29,612 nucleotides of DNA from Leptospirales bacterium (GCA_040326155.1 JBEQLE010000054.1:1-29612); one strand, 5' to 3'. Numbered from the stretch's first letter, positions 8,395 through 19,230 are shown. The notes: generated by a model not told the origin, from the sequence alone. Translations and numbers: made by a program.

Positions 8395-9285
8395 ATGAAA
8401 AATGGGAAATCAATATTAAAGTTGGGGATATCTCCATTGATTATAATTACGATGCTATACTTTTTTACTGCGTCATGCAAAGATAATTCAACCTATAAAA
8501 TAAATACTCTTCGCGTAGGCGTCATTCCTGATGCTGAATTAAAATATCTGATGCAGATACATGAACCTTTGCTAAAACATATATCAAAATCCCTTGGTAT
8601 AGAATATAAATTGATGATTCCGGACTCATATGAGCAGTTACAAGAGTGGTTTCATCAAAAAAAAATTGATATGGCCTACTTTGGAGGTATTACATTTCTC
8701 AATGCGCATAAAAACAGCGGCGCAATTCCGATTGTCGCCAGGGATATCGATTATAGTTTTTATAGTTATTATATTGTGCGCAAGAATAGTAATATTCAAA
8801 GTACAATAGAATCAAAAAAACAAAGAATTTGTTTTGGATCTCGTCTATCCACGTCTGGGCATGTGATGCCCCGTTATTTTCTGGAAAAGGAGGGAATATC
8901 TCCCGAAATATTTTTTAGCGAGGTCATATACTCCGGCACACATTATAATACGATAAAGTTTATCAATGAGAATTTATGTGATATTGGCGTTGTAAGCTCA
9001 ACTATATTTAATAAATTAGCAGATTCAAAAACAATTTCAATTTCGAATATTCGCATTTTAAGTAAAACTCCACCGTATATTGATAACGTTTGGGCAATAC
9101 AGCCATACATTAGTAAAGATCTGAAAATAAAAATTCGCAATGCTTTTTTAAATATTGATTACCATAATCCGCTGCAAAGAGAAATTCTTGAAAATATCGG
9201 CGCTAAAAGTTTTCTTCCCATCAGCATTATTCAGTTAAAAGATTTATTAGAGGCAAAAGATTTAATAGAATCATTGCCTCTATAA
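8395..9285 (+). CDS. PhnD/PtxB-family phosphate/phosphite/phosphonate-binding protein (probable lipoprotein)
   Basis: FTASC lipobox-like site; LRVGVIP, IDMAYFGG, STSGHVMP and YSGTH motifs. Confidence 0.85.
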   Translation: MKNGKSILKLGISPLIIITMLYFFTASCKDNSTYKINTLRVGVIPDAELKYLMQIHEPLLKHISKSLGIEYKLMIPDSYEQLQEWFHQKKIDMAYFGGITFLNAHKNSGAIPIVARDIDYSFYSYYIVRKNSNIQSTIESKKQRICFGSRLSTSGHVMPRYFLEKEGISPEIFFSEVIYSGTHYNTIKFINENLCDIGVVSSTIFNKLADSKTISISNIRILSKTPPYIDNVWAIQPYISKDLKIKIRNAFLNIDYHNPLQREILENIGAKSFLPISIIQLKDLLEAKDLIESLPL

Positions 9286-9309
9286 TTACGTATAAACACG
9301 CAAGTAACA

Positions 9310-12300
9310 ATGAGAAAAAAGAACCAGAGCATTCAAACTTATATTAAAACAATAAGCGTTGTTATTTTAATAGTAATAACAGCCAGCATTGTTGTATGGT
9401 ACTGGAATGTGAAATCAGAAAATGTTCTAACGACAAGACAAATTGAGTATAATCTGGTTTCGCTGCACAATATATCTGAGATAAATCAACAGATTCGGAA
9501 AATCCGGATTCATGAGCTTGACCATTCTCTTCAAACACAAAAGCCCGCACCTGATACGCATACGTTTAATTGGGATGAAGTAATCTATGAATTGAATCAT
9601 CTCCTTAAAAAATCCAATAAGCTGATCAAATTGTATGATGATGGGTCTATCTATGATACCAATCGTAGATTAAATTCTGCTTATCAAAAATTTTATAATA
9701 AAATTATTAATTCAAAACAACAGAACTTCATTCAATATGAATATATAAAAATAGAGCTGGAAGAATTTCAACTTGTTTTGCGACAATTCGAAATACTGCA
9801 CAGCATAGATCTTAACGAGACCGAAAAATTATTGAAAATTAATAATGAAAATCGTCCCCTTTATTTACTTGCATTTTTTGTTTTGATCATTCTCCCGAGT
9901 ATTGCATTCGTTAAATATTTATACGGGCATATCGGTACAATTTTAGTTGAACAAAATACATTACAAAAACATATTTCTGAGTTGAACGCAAAACTTGAAA
10001 AACGTGTTTTACTGCGAACGAGGGAACTAACGGAAAGTCAAGATCAACTTAAACTAATAATCAATACAGCTGCTGATGCAATAATCACAATGAATAATGA
10101 CGGAACGATATTATCTTTCAATAAAGCGGCAGAAAAACTTTTTTTCTGGCAAGAAAATAAAATAATTGGGAAAAAAATTAATCTTATTGTGGAAGGATCT
10201 GATTCCTGGTTCAATAAAAAAAAGAAAAACTCCGAAATTGATAGGTATGAAGCAATCGGTATTCGAAAAAAGAAAACTAAATTCCCAATATATTATTCAT
10301 TGGGACAGACAATAATAAACAATAATATAATTTATACCGCATTAATATATGATCTAACAGAACGAAAAAAAGCTGAAAATGATTTACTGGATAGTGAAAC
10401 AAGATTAATTAAAGCGCAGAAAATAGCGCATTTGGGAAGTATGGAATGGGATTTCGATAAAGATCAACAAGTATGGTCAGAAGAATTGTATCATATTTTT
10501 AATATTCCAGTAGAAAATACAAACCCTACGATAGAAGATTTGTTGTCAATGGTAATACAAGATGACCTTGCATTGGTTAAAAAAACAATCAGTAAAAACG
10601 CAAAATCTTCTACTTCATTTAATATTGAATTTGGTCTTTTAAGAACAGACAGTACTATTAGAACAATACATTCACAGGGTAAATTAATTTCTAGCAGTAA
10701 TAAAGCACCGTCAAAAATGTCCGCAATTTTCCAGGATATTAGTGAATTGAAAAGTATACAGTCAGAACTCGAGAATGCCAAAATTATGGCTGAATCTGCA
10801 AACATTGCAAAATCGCAATTTCTAGCGAACATGAGCCATGAAATTAGAACTCCCATGAATTCAATTCTTGGTTTTATCGATTTATCTCTTGAATCAAGCC
10901 AGTTAAATGATAGAATTCGGGCAAATTTAACTATCGCAAATCGTTCTGCAAAAAGTCTGCTGGTTCTAATTGACGATATTCTGGATACCAGTAAACTTGA
11001 AGCAGGAAAACTGGAAATTGAGATACAAAAATATCATTTACCCAGGTTATTAAAGGATGTTATACAAACACTTAAATTAAAATCAGATGAAAAAGCGGTA
11101 CAATTGAACCTTGATGTGCAGCATGATATTTATCATTGTTTTATCGGAGATCCAAACAGAATACGTCAGATTTTAACGAACCTGGTTGGTAATGCCATTA
11201 AATTTACTAAAAAAGGGGTGGTAAGTTTATCAGTAATACAAATTAAAAATAACTATTTAGAATTTAAAATTACCGATACCGGAATTGGTATGACTCCGCA
11301 TCAACTAAAAACTATATTCCAGCCATTTAAACAGGGTGACCAGACAACTGCACGCCGATATGGAGGAAGCGGCCTGGGAACAACGATTAGCAAACAATTA
11401 GTTAAACTAATGGGTGGTAAAATATGGGCGAAAAGTAAACCGAATAACGGGAGTACCTTTTATTTTACATTGAAACAGGAAACACCAAGCTGTCTTTCCG
11501 ATTGTTCCCTGGATTGCGAGGACCATGGATATCCGGGGGAAATTTTACTGCCCCAGTCAAAACGATCTTTTAAAATTTTATTGGCCGAAGATATTCCTGA
11601 AAATGCCGCATTGGCTACACTTCGATTGGAACAGCAAAACCACTCCATTGATACCTGTGTCAACGGACGAGAAGCTCTAGAATTATTTAAAAAACGACAA
11701 TACGACATTATACTCATGGATATTCAGATGCCGATTATGGATGGTAACGAAGCAACTCAACGAATAAGAGCTATGGAAGCTAAAGCTAAAACGAAAACTC
11801 ATATACCGATTATTGCGCTTACGGCCAGTGTTATGGAAAGTGATAAACGCAAATGCATTGAAGCAGGAGTTGATATTATTATCGAAAAACCAATCGATTT
11901 TGGAAGACTTTTTAGGACAATGGAGGAACTCGCAACTAAAAGTAGCGGTGTTTATCGAAAGCAAATAGGTGTCGATATAAAAGATAAAAAATTTGATCTT
12001 CCTGATAAAATGGAAGGTATAAATGTTGAAAAGGGTATCCGTATATGGTTAAACTATGAAGAATATAGCCAATCTTTATTGAGTTACTCTCAACATTATA
12101 AGAAAGCTCCCACTAAACTGAAACAATATATTGATGCTAATAAATTTGAAGAAGCTTATTCTTTAATTCATGCTCTTAAAGGTGTATCCGGAAATCTTTC
12201 CATCGAGGACGTTGCAAGCACGGCAATAAAATTAGATTTATTGATTAAAAAAAAGGAAGTAGATAATATCAATAAATTACTTCCTGTACTTTCCAAACAA

Positions 12301-12573
12301 ATGAAAATAGCAATTGCATCCATTCGAAAAATTAAAAAACATTCTCCGAAAAAAAATGTTCTGATTAATAAATTAAAATCATCAAATGTAAAAGACGATA
12401 TAAAAACATTGATCGAATTATACAAAAGTGGTGAATTGAATGATAAACTTTTGAGTGATTTAATGCAGAAATTGCAAGCTCAGATATCGAAATCAGTTTT
12501 GAAAAGGTTGCAAAACCATGTAGACAATTATGATTTTAATGATGCTATCGATATTCTAAAAAGTTTTGAGTAA
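9310..12573 (+). CDS. Hybrid sensor histidine kinase (2 TM, periplasmic domain, PAS x2, HisKA, HATPase, REC, HPt)
   Basis: FLANMSHEIRTPMN, NLVGNAIKFT, DTGIG, GGSGLG, ILMDIQMP and IHALKGVSGNL. Confidence 0.93.
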   Translation: MRKKNQSIQTYIKTISVVILIVITASIVVWYWNVKSENVLTTRQIEYNLVSLHNISEINQQIRKIRIHELDHSLQTQKPAPDTHTFNWDEVIYELNHLLKKSNKLIKLYDDGSIYDTNRRLNSAYQKFYNKIINSKQQNFIQYEYIKIELEEFQLVLRQFEILHSIDLNETEKLLKINNENRPLYLLAFFVLIILPSIAFVKYLYGHIGTILVEQNTLQKHISELNAKLEKRVLLRTRELTESQDQLKLIINTAADAIITMNNDGTILSFNKAAEKLFFWQENKIIGKKINLIVEGSDSWFNKKKKNSEIDRYEAIGIRKKKTKFPIYYSLGQTIINNNIIYTALIYDLTERKKAENDLLDSETRLIKAQKIAHLGSMEWDFDKDQQVWSEELYHIFNIPVENTNPTIEDLLSMVIQDDLALVKKTISKNAKSSTSFNIEFGLLRTDSTIRTIHSQGKLISSSNKAPSKMSAIFQDISELKSIQSELENAKIMAESANIAKSQFLANMSHEIRTPMNSILGFIDLSLESSQLNDRIRANLTIANRSAKSLLVLIDDILDTSKLEAGKLEIEIQKYHLPRLLKDVIQTLKLKSDEKAVQLNLDVQHDIYHCFIGDPNRIRQILTNLVGNAIKFTKKGVVSLSVIQIKNNYLEFKITDTGIGMTPHQLKTIFQPFKQGDQTTARRYGGSGLGTTISKQLVKLMGGKIWAKSKPNNGSTFYFTLKQETPSCLSDCSLDCEDHGYPGEILLPQSKRSFKILLAEDIPENAALATLRLEQQNHSIDTCVNGREALELFKKRQYDIILMDIQMPIMDGNEATQRIRAMEAKAKTKTHIPIIALTASVMESDKRKCIEAGVDIIIEKPIDFGRLFRTMEELATKSSGVYRKQIGVDIKDKKFDLPDKMEGINVEKGIRIWLNYEEYSQSLLSYSQHYKKAPTKLKQYIDANKFEEAYSLIHALKGVSGNLSIEDVASTAIKLDLLIKKKEVDNINKLLPVLSKQMKIAIASIRKIKKHSPKKNVLINKLKSSNVKDDIKTLIELYKSGELNDKLLSDLMQKLQAQISKSVLKRLQNHVDNYDFNDAIDILKSFE

Positions 12574-12602
12574 AAAAATGAGACGACGCTTTTTATATTC
12601 GC

Positions 12603-13592
12603 CTAAGCCTTTAATTGATCATTCCATCTTTCCATAATCGATAAAATTACATGTTTTATTCCCATAAATGCTTTCACAAATTCAGGATCAAAGTGAGAAC
12701 CGGCCCCTGCTTGGATGGTAGACAAGGCTTTATCTACCGGCCATTCATCTTTGTAGGGACGTTTCATTGTCAACGCATCAAATACATCAGCTATTGCTAC
12801 TATCTTTGCTGATTCGGGTATCTCATCGTGCGTTTTCTTGTGCGGGTAGCCGGAGCCATCCCATTTTTCATGATGCGATAAGGCTATTATTGCAGCCATT
12901 TGAAATAATGGTACATCACTTTTACTTAGAATTTCGTATCCGATTTCCGTATGTTTGCGCATAGTAATCCATTCTACATCAGTTAATTTTCTTGGCGCCT
13001 TTAAAATCGCATCCGGCATACCTATTTTCCCAGTGTCATGCATCGGCGCTGCCATGCGAATTAATTCCGTGTCATCCTGATTCCACCCCACCTCTCTAGC
13101 AATCGCTGCGGCGTAGTCTGCCATCCTCCAAATATGAAATCCGGTATCGGTATCATTATAATGACCGGCTTCAGCAAGCATCTGAACAGCTGATTTTTGC
13201 GATTGCTCCAGGTCGGCAATTCGTACTAACGATAGGTGAATTTTAACTCTAGCTTTTAGAAGAGCAGGTTGAATCGGTTTACTAATATAATCCACTGCGC
13301 CCATAGTAAAACCTTTTAACTCGTCATCTCCTTCAGTCATTGCACTGACAAAAATAACAGGTGTTTTCATGGTCAAAGGATCGTCTTTTAAATACCTGCA
13401 TACTTCATATCCGTCCATATTTGGCATCATTATATCCAGTAAAATTAAATCGACTTTCTTTTTTTTTACTAACTTTAAACACTGTTCTCCCGTCTTGGCA
13501 AACAAAAGTTTATATTTTTCACCGGCCAAGACTGCTTTCATCATCGATAAATTATTCGGCTCATCGTCCACAATTAGTATTGTCCTGTTCAT
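12603..13592 (-). CDS. REC + HD-GYP response regulator (RpfG-like c-di-GMP phosphodiesterase)
   Basis: ILIVDD, LLDIMMP, MHDTGKIG, HHEKWDGSGYP and ADVFDALTMKRPYK. Confidence 0.93.
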   Translation of the reverse strand: MNRTILIVDDEPNNLSMMKAVLAGEKYKLLFAKTGEQCLKLVKKKKVDLILLDIMMPNMDGYEVCRYLKDDPLTMKTPVIFVSAMTEGDDELKGFTMGAVDYISKPIQPALLKARVKIHLSLVRIADLEQSQKSAVQMLAEAGHYNDTDTGFHIWRMADYAAAIAREVGWNQDDTELIRMAAPMHDTGKIGMPDAILKAPRKLTDVEWITMRKHTEIGYEILSKSDVPLFQMAAIIALSHHEKWDGSGYPHKKTHDEIPESAKIVAIADVFDALTMKRPYKDEWPVDKALSTIQAGAGSHFDPEFVKAFMGIKHVILSIMERWNDQLKA

Positions 13593-13939
13593 TTTGTCTC
13601 CATTTACAGCCTATTTAAATATAAAACTTTATAATTTATTTGTCTGCAATATATTGTTTCAAATTAAGCTTAATTTCATTTAACAACTATAAAAAATTAA
13701 AAATGAATACCATTTATCTCGCCAGTTTAATCGCACGCTGAATTTAAATCCAAATAATAAAAAAACATCGTACAATATGACTTTTGCTGAAAAAAAATTG
13801 CCAACAAATGAGATTTTACTATATTACAATTACACATTTTTCATAACATTTTTTTATTCATAATGTCATGTCATGTGGACGCAATACTAGGTTTAGATTT
13901 TACAAATTAATAGTGATTACGCAAGTTTAAAGGGAGAGA

Positions 13940-15088
13940 ATGATAATGAACATCACAGAAAGAACAAATTTACTATTGAAAATCAGAAGGAATGTTGGTG
14001 TTTTGATGGCAACTATGCTGCTAACCATCCTAAATTTGGTTATGACCTCTGAGCTAAGCGCGCAACAGAGTAATAAAGTTGAGCGTGTCGAAGGCCAGGC
14101 TGACAACGACTCTCCCTTAAAATACAAATTTGGTGGATTATTACAAATTTGGACCTTTGGCGCTGATCGGTATGACAAGTATATTACATCGAATGCAGAT
14201 ACAAAAACCAGTTTTCTAATTAAGCGAGCAGAAATCGCATTAAGCGGATCCATCCTTGATGGCGCTATTTTTTTTACATTCATGACTGATATCGCCAGGT
14301 ATCCCAATTCATATACTGAAACGGGCGACAGAAAAAGCCTGCCTACTCAAGATTTATTTATTGAATATCGAGCCATCCCGTTTATCAATATTAAAATTGG
14401 ACAATTTCTAAAACCAATTACGATGGAATCAGATCAACCTTCCGGTGATTTATTCTTTATACGAAGAGCAATGCATACGGGCGGTGGAACCTTCGCCGGC
14501 AATATTGCTGGTACTGTTCAATATGGCGACCAAAGGGATATAGGTATTATGTTGAACTATCAGTTCGGACGGAAGGGCTCCACGATTTTTGAATATAAAT
14601 TAGGCATTTTTCAGGGAGATTCTCAAAACATTGGCGAAAGTAATGAGCATAAATCTATAGCAGGAAAGATAAATCTTATGCTGTTCGAGAAAATTTTGAA
14701 ATTTGGAATTTCTGGACAAAGAGATACCTCAGCTGAAGCGACAAATCGAGATGACCGCGCCGGTGGACACCTGCTAATTCACGTAGCTGGTCTTACCGCA
14801 GCGTTTGAATACATGCAGGGGTGGGATATGGGTAGTGCAAATACTGGTATCTACGGAGCTTTACTCTACGATTTTAAAGACTCGTTAAGTCTTCCTCTTC
14901 AACCGGGTTTTCGAATAGATTATTTTTATAAAGACGATATCGATAAAAATGACTTAGTGAAAATCTATACATTTGGCTTAAACTATAGCATTGCTGATCA
15001 GCATGCCAGATTACAGTTAAATTACATGTATGTAGAAGATACTACTATTGGTCATCAAGTCGCGTTAAATACGCAAATAAGTTTTTAA
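13940..15088 (+). CDS. Outer-membrane porin, OprO/OprP (phosphate-selective) superfamily-like
   Basis: Signal peptide; FLIKRAEIALSG, IKIGQFLKPITME, RDIGIML and FGLNY...RLQLNY; amphipathic strands; C-terminal QISF. Confidence 0.72.
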   Translation: MIMNITERTNLLLKIRRNVGVLMATMLLTILNLVMTSELSAQQSNKVERVEGQADNDSPLKYKFGGLLQIWTFGADRYDKYITSNADTKTSFLIKRAEIALSGSILDGAIFFTFMTDIARYPNSYTETGDRKSLPTQDLFIEYRAIPFINIKIGQFLKPITMESDQPSGDLFFIRRAMHTGGGTFAGNIAGTVQYGDQRDIGIMLNYQFGRKGSTIFEYKLGIFQGDSQNIGESNEHKSIAGKINLMLFEKILKFGISGQRDTSAEATNRDDRAGGHLLIHVAGLTAAFEYMQGWDMGSANTGIYGALLYDFKDSLSLPLQPGFRIDYFYKDDIDKNDLVKIYTFGLNYSIADQHARLQLNYMYVEDTTIGHQVALNTQISF

Positions 15089-15103
15089 ACAAAGGAAATT
15101 GCA

Positions 15104-16807
15104 ATGAAGTTTAAAGTTGGAACAAAAATATTATTAGGTTATTTTTCGATATTAAGTATTATGCTCATTTCAGGGGTTTTAGTTTATTTTAATTTAAGAT
15201 CTGTGGAAGATAATTTTCATATGGTTTTGCATACCGATAAGGTTCTTAGAAAGGCGGAACAATTACGAAAATCTGTAGTTGATATGGAGACAGGACAAAG
15301 AGGCTTCGTGATAACCGGGAAAAGTAATTTTTTAGGCCCGTACAATGAAGGTTGGAAAACATTCCAAAAAATCTCTCAAGATTTGAAAAAAACAGTGGAT
15401 GATAATCCGAAACAAGTGAAAAGAATGCAGATGATTATCGACTTAATCGATAAATGGCGGACAATCGCAGCTGAACCTGAAATAAATAAAAGAAAAGAGG
15501 TCGTACTAGGCAAGGCAAAAATGCAAGACGCTATTCAACTGATACTCAATGAAACCGGGAAACATGTAATGGATGAACTACGAGGCCATTTTGATGAATT
15601 CATTCAGGAAGAAGCTTCTCTAATGAAGGTTCGTTCCGAAGAGACAGAATCTACTGTTACAACAAGCGAAATATTACTCATATCTTTCACTCTATTGGCA
15701 TTTGCTTTGGGTATTGGAATCGGTATCTACATTTCTCGCAGCATTCTAAAACAAATAGGCGGAGAGCCGGATAAAATAGCAGAAATTGTAGAAAAAGTTG
15801 CCTCAGGTGATCTAACGGTAAAGGTTGAAAATTTGGAACAAACAACAGGAATTTATTCTAGTATTGTCAACATGATACAACAACTTTCCGCAATTGTTTC
15901 AGAGGTACTTGCCAACTCAAAGAACCTTGCTTCGGCGGCGCAACAAGTCAATGCCACTGCGCAAAGCATGAGTCAAGCTTCAAATGAGCAGGCTGCGTCA
16001 ATTGAAGAAACCAGCGCTTCATTGGAAGAAATGGAGGCCACTATTGACCAAAATGCAGAAAATGCCAGAGAAACTAATATTATTGCCGGAAAATCTGCCA
16101 AGGAAGGGGCTGAGGGTGGTAAAGCCGTTAGCGATACTGTAGAAGCCATGAAAACAATTTCTTCAAAAATTTCAATTATTGGGGAAATTTCATACCAAAC
16201 TAACCTTTTGGCTTTAAATGCTGCTATAGAAGCTGCTCGCGCAGGCGACGCCGGAAAAGGGTTTGCTGTTGTAGCCGGTGAAGTTCGAAAACTTGCCGAA
16301 AAAAGCCAGGAAGCCTCTGATGAAATTGGAAAAACCGCAAAAGAGAGTGTGATGCAAGCCCAACGAGCGGGTGAATTGATAGGAAATGTTGTTCCGAGCA
16401 TCAATAAAACGGCAGATTTGGTGCAAGAGGTTACTTCCGGGTCACAGCAACAGAAGGAAAGTGTGAGCCAAATGAATACGTCAGTGGATCAGTTAAATAA
16501 AGCTTCTCAAAGCAATGCAGCGTCGGCAGAAGAGCTATCAGGTACTGCAGAAGAATTGAGCGCTCAGGCTGAAAATTTACAAGAATTAATGGGCTATTTT
16601 AAAGTCAAAAACCAGCAATACAGCCAAAAATCGAAGACAGTCGGAAACCAAACCAATAAAAAGGCCGAAGCAAACTTGGCCAAACCGCAAACAAACTCCG
16701 TTGTCTTACCAAAACAAAGTGTTGTTGAAAACGAAAATAATAAAACGAATACAAAAACAGTCCCTGAACAAACAAAAACCGAAATGAGAGATTTTAAAAA
16801 ATTCTAG
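15104..16807 (+). CDS. Methyl-accepting chemotaxis protein with CHASE3 sensor domain
   Basis: [13 protein letters not shown] (CHASE3), two TM segments, [31 protein letters not shown] and C-terminal DFKKF. Confidence 0.93.
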   Translation: MKFKVGTKILLGYFSILSIMLISGVLVYFNLRSVEDNFHMVLHTDKVLRKAEQLRKSVVDMETGQRGFVITGKSNFLGPYNEGWKTFQKISQDLKKTVDDNPKQVKRMQMIIDLIDKWRTIAAEPEINKRKEVVLGKAKMQDAIQLILNETGKHVMDELRGHFDEFIQEEASLMKVRSEETESTVTTSEILLISFTLLAFALGIGIGIYISRSILKQIGGEPDKIAEIVEKVASGDLTVKVENLEQTTGIYSSIVNMIQQLSAIVSEVLANSKNLASAAQQVNATAQSMSQASNEQAASIEETSASLEEMEATIDQNAENARETNIIAGKSAKEGAEGGKAVSDTVEAMKTISSKISIIGEISYQTNLLALNAAIEAARAGDAGKGFAVVAGEVRKLAEKSQEASDEIGKTAKESVMQAQRAGELIGNVVPSINKTADLVQEVTSGSQQQKESVSQMNTSVDQLNKASQSNAASAEELSGTAEELSAQAENLQELMGYFKVKNQQYSQKSKTVGNQTNKKAEANLAKPQTNSVVLPKQSVVENENNKTNTKTVPEQTKTEMRDFKKF

Positions 16808-16967
16808 AGACTGAGGGTGTTCTAGAAATAGGTAACAACCAGCGCAATAAAATTGGGTGCTTTGCTTCTTCGTTTCTAAAAAATCTCAAGCAAGCGATGT
16901 GACCGGGAATACCTTCGGGTTTTGACAAACTGAAAACCTTAATTCCGTTTTTCAAAATATTCGGTTA

Positions 16968-17282
16968 CTAATTCATTCCCATCATAAGAGAAACACGTAT
17001 TGTTCCCCCATTTTCTAAAAACGGGTCTGATTTCGCGATTTCAATGGCAGCCTCAATACTTTCTGCCTTTACAACGGCAAAACCTTTCATCGAATCTGGA
17101 TTATTATCATCTTCCACACTGTTTGATGTGACTATTTTTGAAACCGGTAAAGGTGTGCCAGGATTTATGATCGTATCGCCGAGACCTTTTACCCAGGCCA
17201 TCCATTTTTCCATTTGGACCCTTCCCTCTTCTTTGGAACTCGGCTGGCCACCACCATAATAAGCTATCATAAAACTTTCCAT
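16968..17282 (-). CDS. YCII-related dimeric alpha/beta-barrel protein
   Basis: MEKWMAWV..LG...PG.PL and GFAVVKAESIEAAIEIAKSDP. GGAG RBS precedes ATG 17282. Confidence 0.78.
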   Translation of the reverse strand: MESFMIAYYGGGQPSSKEEGRVQMEKWMAWVKGLGDTIINPGTPLPVSKIVTSNSVEDDNNPDSMKGFAVVKAESIEAAIEIAKSDPFLENGGTIRVSLMMGMN

Positions 17283-17514
17283 TTTTAACTCCAATAATTT
17301 TATTATACAATTATAAACTCAAACTACGAGACAAGAATAAAATTACCGGACCAGTGTAGACAGAATATAATCACGACATTCATTAACAAACCTTTGCGCC
17401 AGACAAAGTGTTTTTTTGGTTTTTAAGCCGCCATGACACTTCAGTATCGATATTGTATGCTAAAACCCAGAAATTATTACCTTTTAACGAAATATCGCTC
17501 TAAAACACTTATTT

Positions 17515-17567
17515 TTTATCGTTTATCGATAAATATTGCTTGACTTCTAGTAAATATTTTGTATATT
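17515..17567 (+). promoter_or_regulatory. Putative operator palindrome TTTATCG-N5-CGATAAA and promoter TTGACT-N16-TATATT
   Basis: Palindrome at 17515-17533, -35 at 17540-17545, -10 at 17562-17567, and AGGAG RBS at 17581. Confidence 0.55.
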
Positions 17568-17592
17568 ATCAATATCAAAAAGGAGTTTTCAA

Positions 17593-18105
17593 ATGAAATA
17601 TTTAGGTAAAAAATCACTCTCATCGTTTATGCATCGATTGTTACAAGTTTCCTGGTATCTTGTATTGATCGGGTCAATCTTTGCAGGTATCTTTTTGTCA
17701 TTGGCCATGTTTTCTACACCAGTAGATGAACCGGGTATTACAGCAATGGGTCACCTGAAATTTGAACTTTTCAATGAGATAAAAAAAGATGAAGAAGCCT
17801 TCCAGTTTTTCAGTACCACCCACATTATTATTAAAATGCTGGTACTTGTAGTGTTAGGAGCCGTTATCTCTTTACTGCTTACGATTATAAAAAAAGGCCA
17901 ATATGTTTTTAAGAATTTCAAAAATAATATTGTGTTCAATGAAAGCAATGTGCATATGATCTCAAAAATAAGTAAGCTTTTAATTATCTATTCGATTGTT
18001 ACATTTAACTTTGTTTTACTCATGGTTAGTTTAATACTACTGATTCTAAGCGCCGTTTTTAAAAACGGGACAGCTCTTCAAGAAGAGCATGATTTAACTG
18101 TATAA
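17593..18105 (+). CDS. DUF2975-family membrane protein
   Basis: Several TM helices, F..SNV..I motif and C-terminal VFKNGTALQEEHDLTV. It is followed by the usual XRE partner. Confidence 0.85.
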   Translation: MKYLGKKSLSSFMHRLLQVSWYLVLIGSIFAGIFLSLAMFSTPVDEPGITAMGHLKFELFNEIKKDEEAFQFFSTTHIIIKMLVLVVLGAVISLLLTIIKKGQYVFKNFKNNIVFNESNVHMISKISKLLIIYSIVTFNFVLLMVSLILLILSAVFKNGTALQEEHDLTV

Positions 18106-18117
18106 AATGGTTCTACC

Positions 18118-18342
18118 ATGAGTATCGTATTCAGATTAGATCGAATGATGGCAGATCGAAAAATGTCTCTTAATGAGTTAGCGAAAAGAATAGACCTCAC
18201 TATTTCGAATCTATCAATTTTAAAAACGGGAAAAGCCAAGGCGGTAAGAGTTTCAACTCTGGAGGCCATTTGTAGAGAACTAAATTGCCAACCGGGTGAC
18301 TTATTAGAATACAAGTCCGACGATGAAAACGTTTCGGAATAA
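18118..18342 (+). CDS. XRE/Cro-CI HTH transcriptional regulator (YozG-like)
   Basis: LDRMMADRKMSLNELA...NLSILKTGKAKAVR.STL.AIC..L.CQPGDLLEY. Confidence 0.92.
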   Translation: MSIVFRLDRMMADRKMSLNELAKRIDLTISNLSILKTGKAKAVRVSTLEAICRELNCQPGDLLEYKSDDENVSE

Positions 18343-18354
18343 AAGGATATAAAA

Positions 18355-19188
18355 ATGAAAACAGAAAAAAAGAAAGTTATAAAAGATACCAAAAGATTAT
18401 TCGTAAAGAAAGGTCCCTGTTCGAGCGCATTTTTTCATATACTCAATCGCCAATTTGGTAACGCACTCGAAACCGAAGAGCGCGCCGCAGAACCATTAGC
18501 GGGTGGAATTATGCAACATGGACACCAGTGCGGTATGCTCTGGGGCGCTTCGCTGGCTGTTGGAGCCGAATCTTTTCGTAGAAACAGTGACCATGCGAAA
18601 GCAATCGGTGTAGCCATAACGGCGACTCAACACCTGGTGGACTCTTTTTCGACAAGGGCTAAAACACTCGACTGTTCCGACATAACCGATACCGATTGGT
18701 CCAGTAAGTTTGGTATGGTGAAATACTTTTTTACCGGTAAAATTGTGTCTTGTTTTAAACTGGCTGAAAGATGGGCTCCCGAAGCGATTGAATCAGCAAC
18801 GCAGGGGCTCTCTAGCGGACAAACGAATTTGCCTGAACTTCCTGTAAGTTGCGCTTCTGAGGTTGCCAAAAAAATGGGAGCCACTGACGAAGAAATGGTT
18901 ATTGTCGCAGGTTTTTCGGGCGGACTTGGTTTAAGCGGTAAAGCATGTGGAGCGTTGAGCGCTGCAATATGGATGCAAACTCTCGGTCTATACAAAAAAC
19001 AAACAGGCAAATCGTATTATTCAAATGCAGAATCACAAAACACTTTAAAAGCTTTTTTCGCTGAAACAGACCATGAATTTCTATGTGAAAACATATCCGG
19101 ACAATGCTTTAAGTCAGTGGACGATCATTCAGAATTTATTAAGAAAGGTGGTTGCCAGAAACTGATCGATATACTCGCCGAAGCATAA
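18355..19188 (+). CDS. C-GCAxxG-C-C family putative redox protein, two tandem domains
   Basis: Domain 1: CSSA...GG...GHQCGMLWG...DC...C. Domain 2: CASE...GG...GKACGALSA...LC...C. Confidence 0.8.
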   Translation: MKTEKKKVIKDTKRLFVKKGPCSSAFFHILNRQFGNALETEERAAEPLAGGIMQHGHQCGMLWGASLAVGAESFRRNSDHAKAIGVAITATQHLVDSFSTRAKTLDCSDITDTDWSSKFGMVKYFFTGKIVSCFKLAERWAPEAIESATQGLSSGQTNLPELPVSCASEVAKKMGATDEEMVIVAGFSGGLGLSGKACGALSAAIWMQTLGLYKKQTGKSYYSNAESQNTLKAFFAETDHEFLCENISGQCFKSVDDHSEFIKKGGCQKLIDILAEA

Positions 19189-19230
19189 TGAGATCGGTGC
19201 AACACAATTAGAAAAACTAAATAGAAAGGA

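Noticed and set aside
13830..13880. Possible Pho box upstream of the porin (TCAT/GTCAT repeats)
   Set aside because: The repeats do not show the clean 11-bp periodicity of CTGTCAT Pho boxes.
18355..19188. Possible selenoprotein (some C-GCAxxG-C-C proteins use Sec)
   Set aside because: No in-frame TGA; the ORF ends at TAA.
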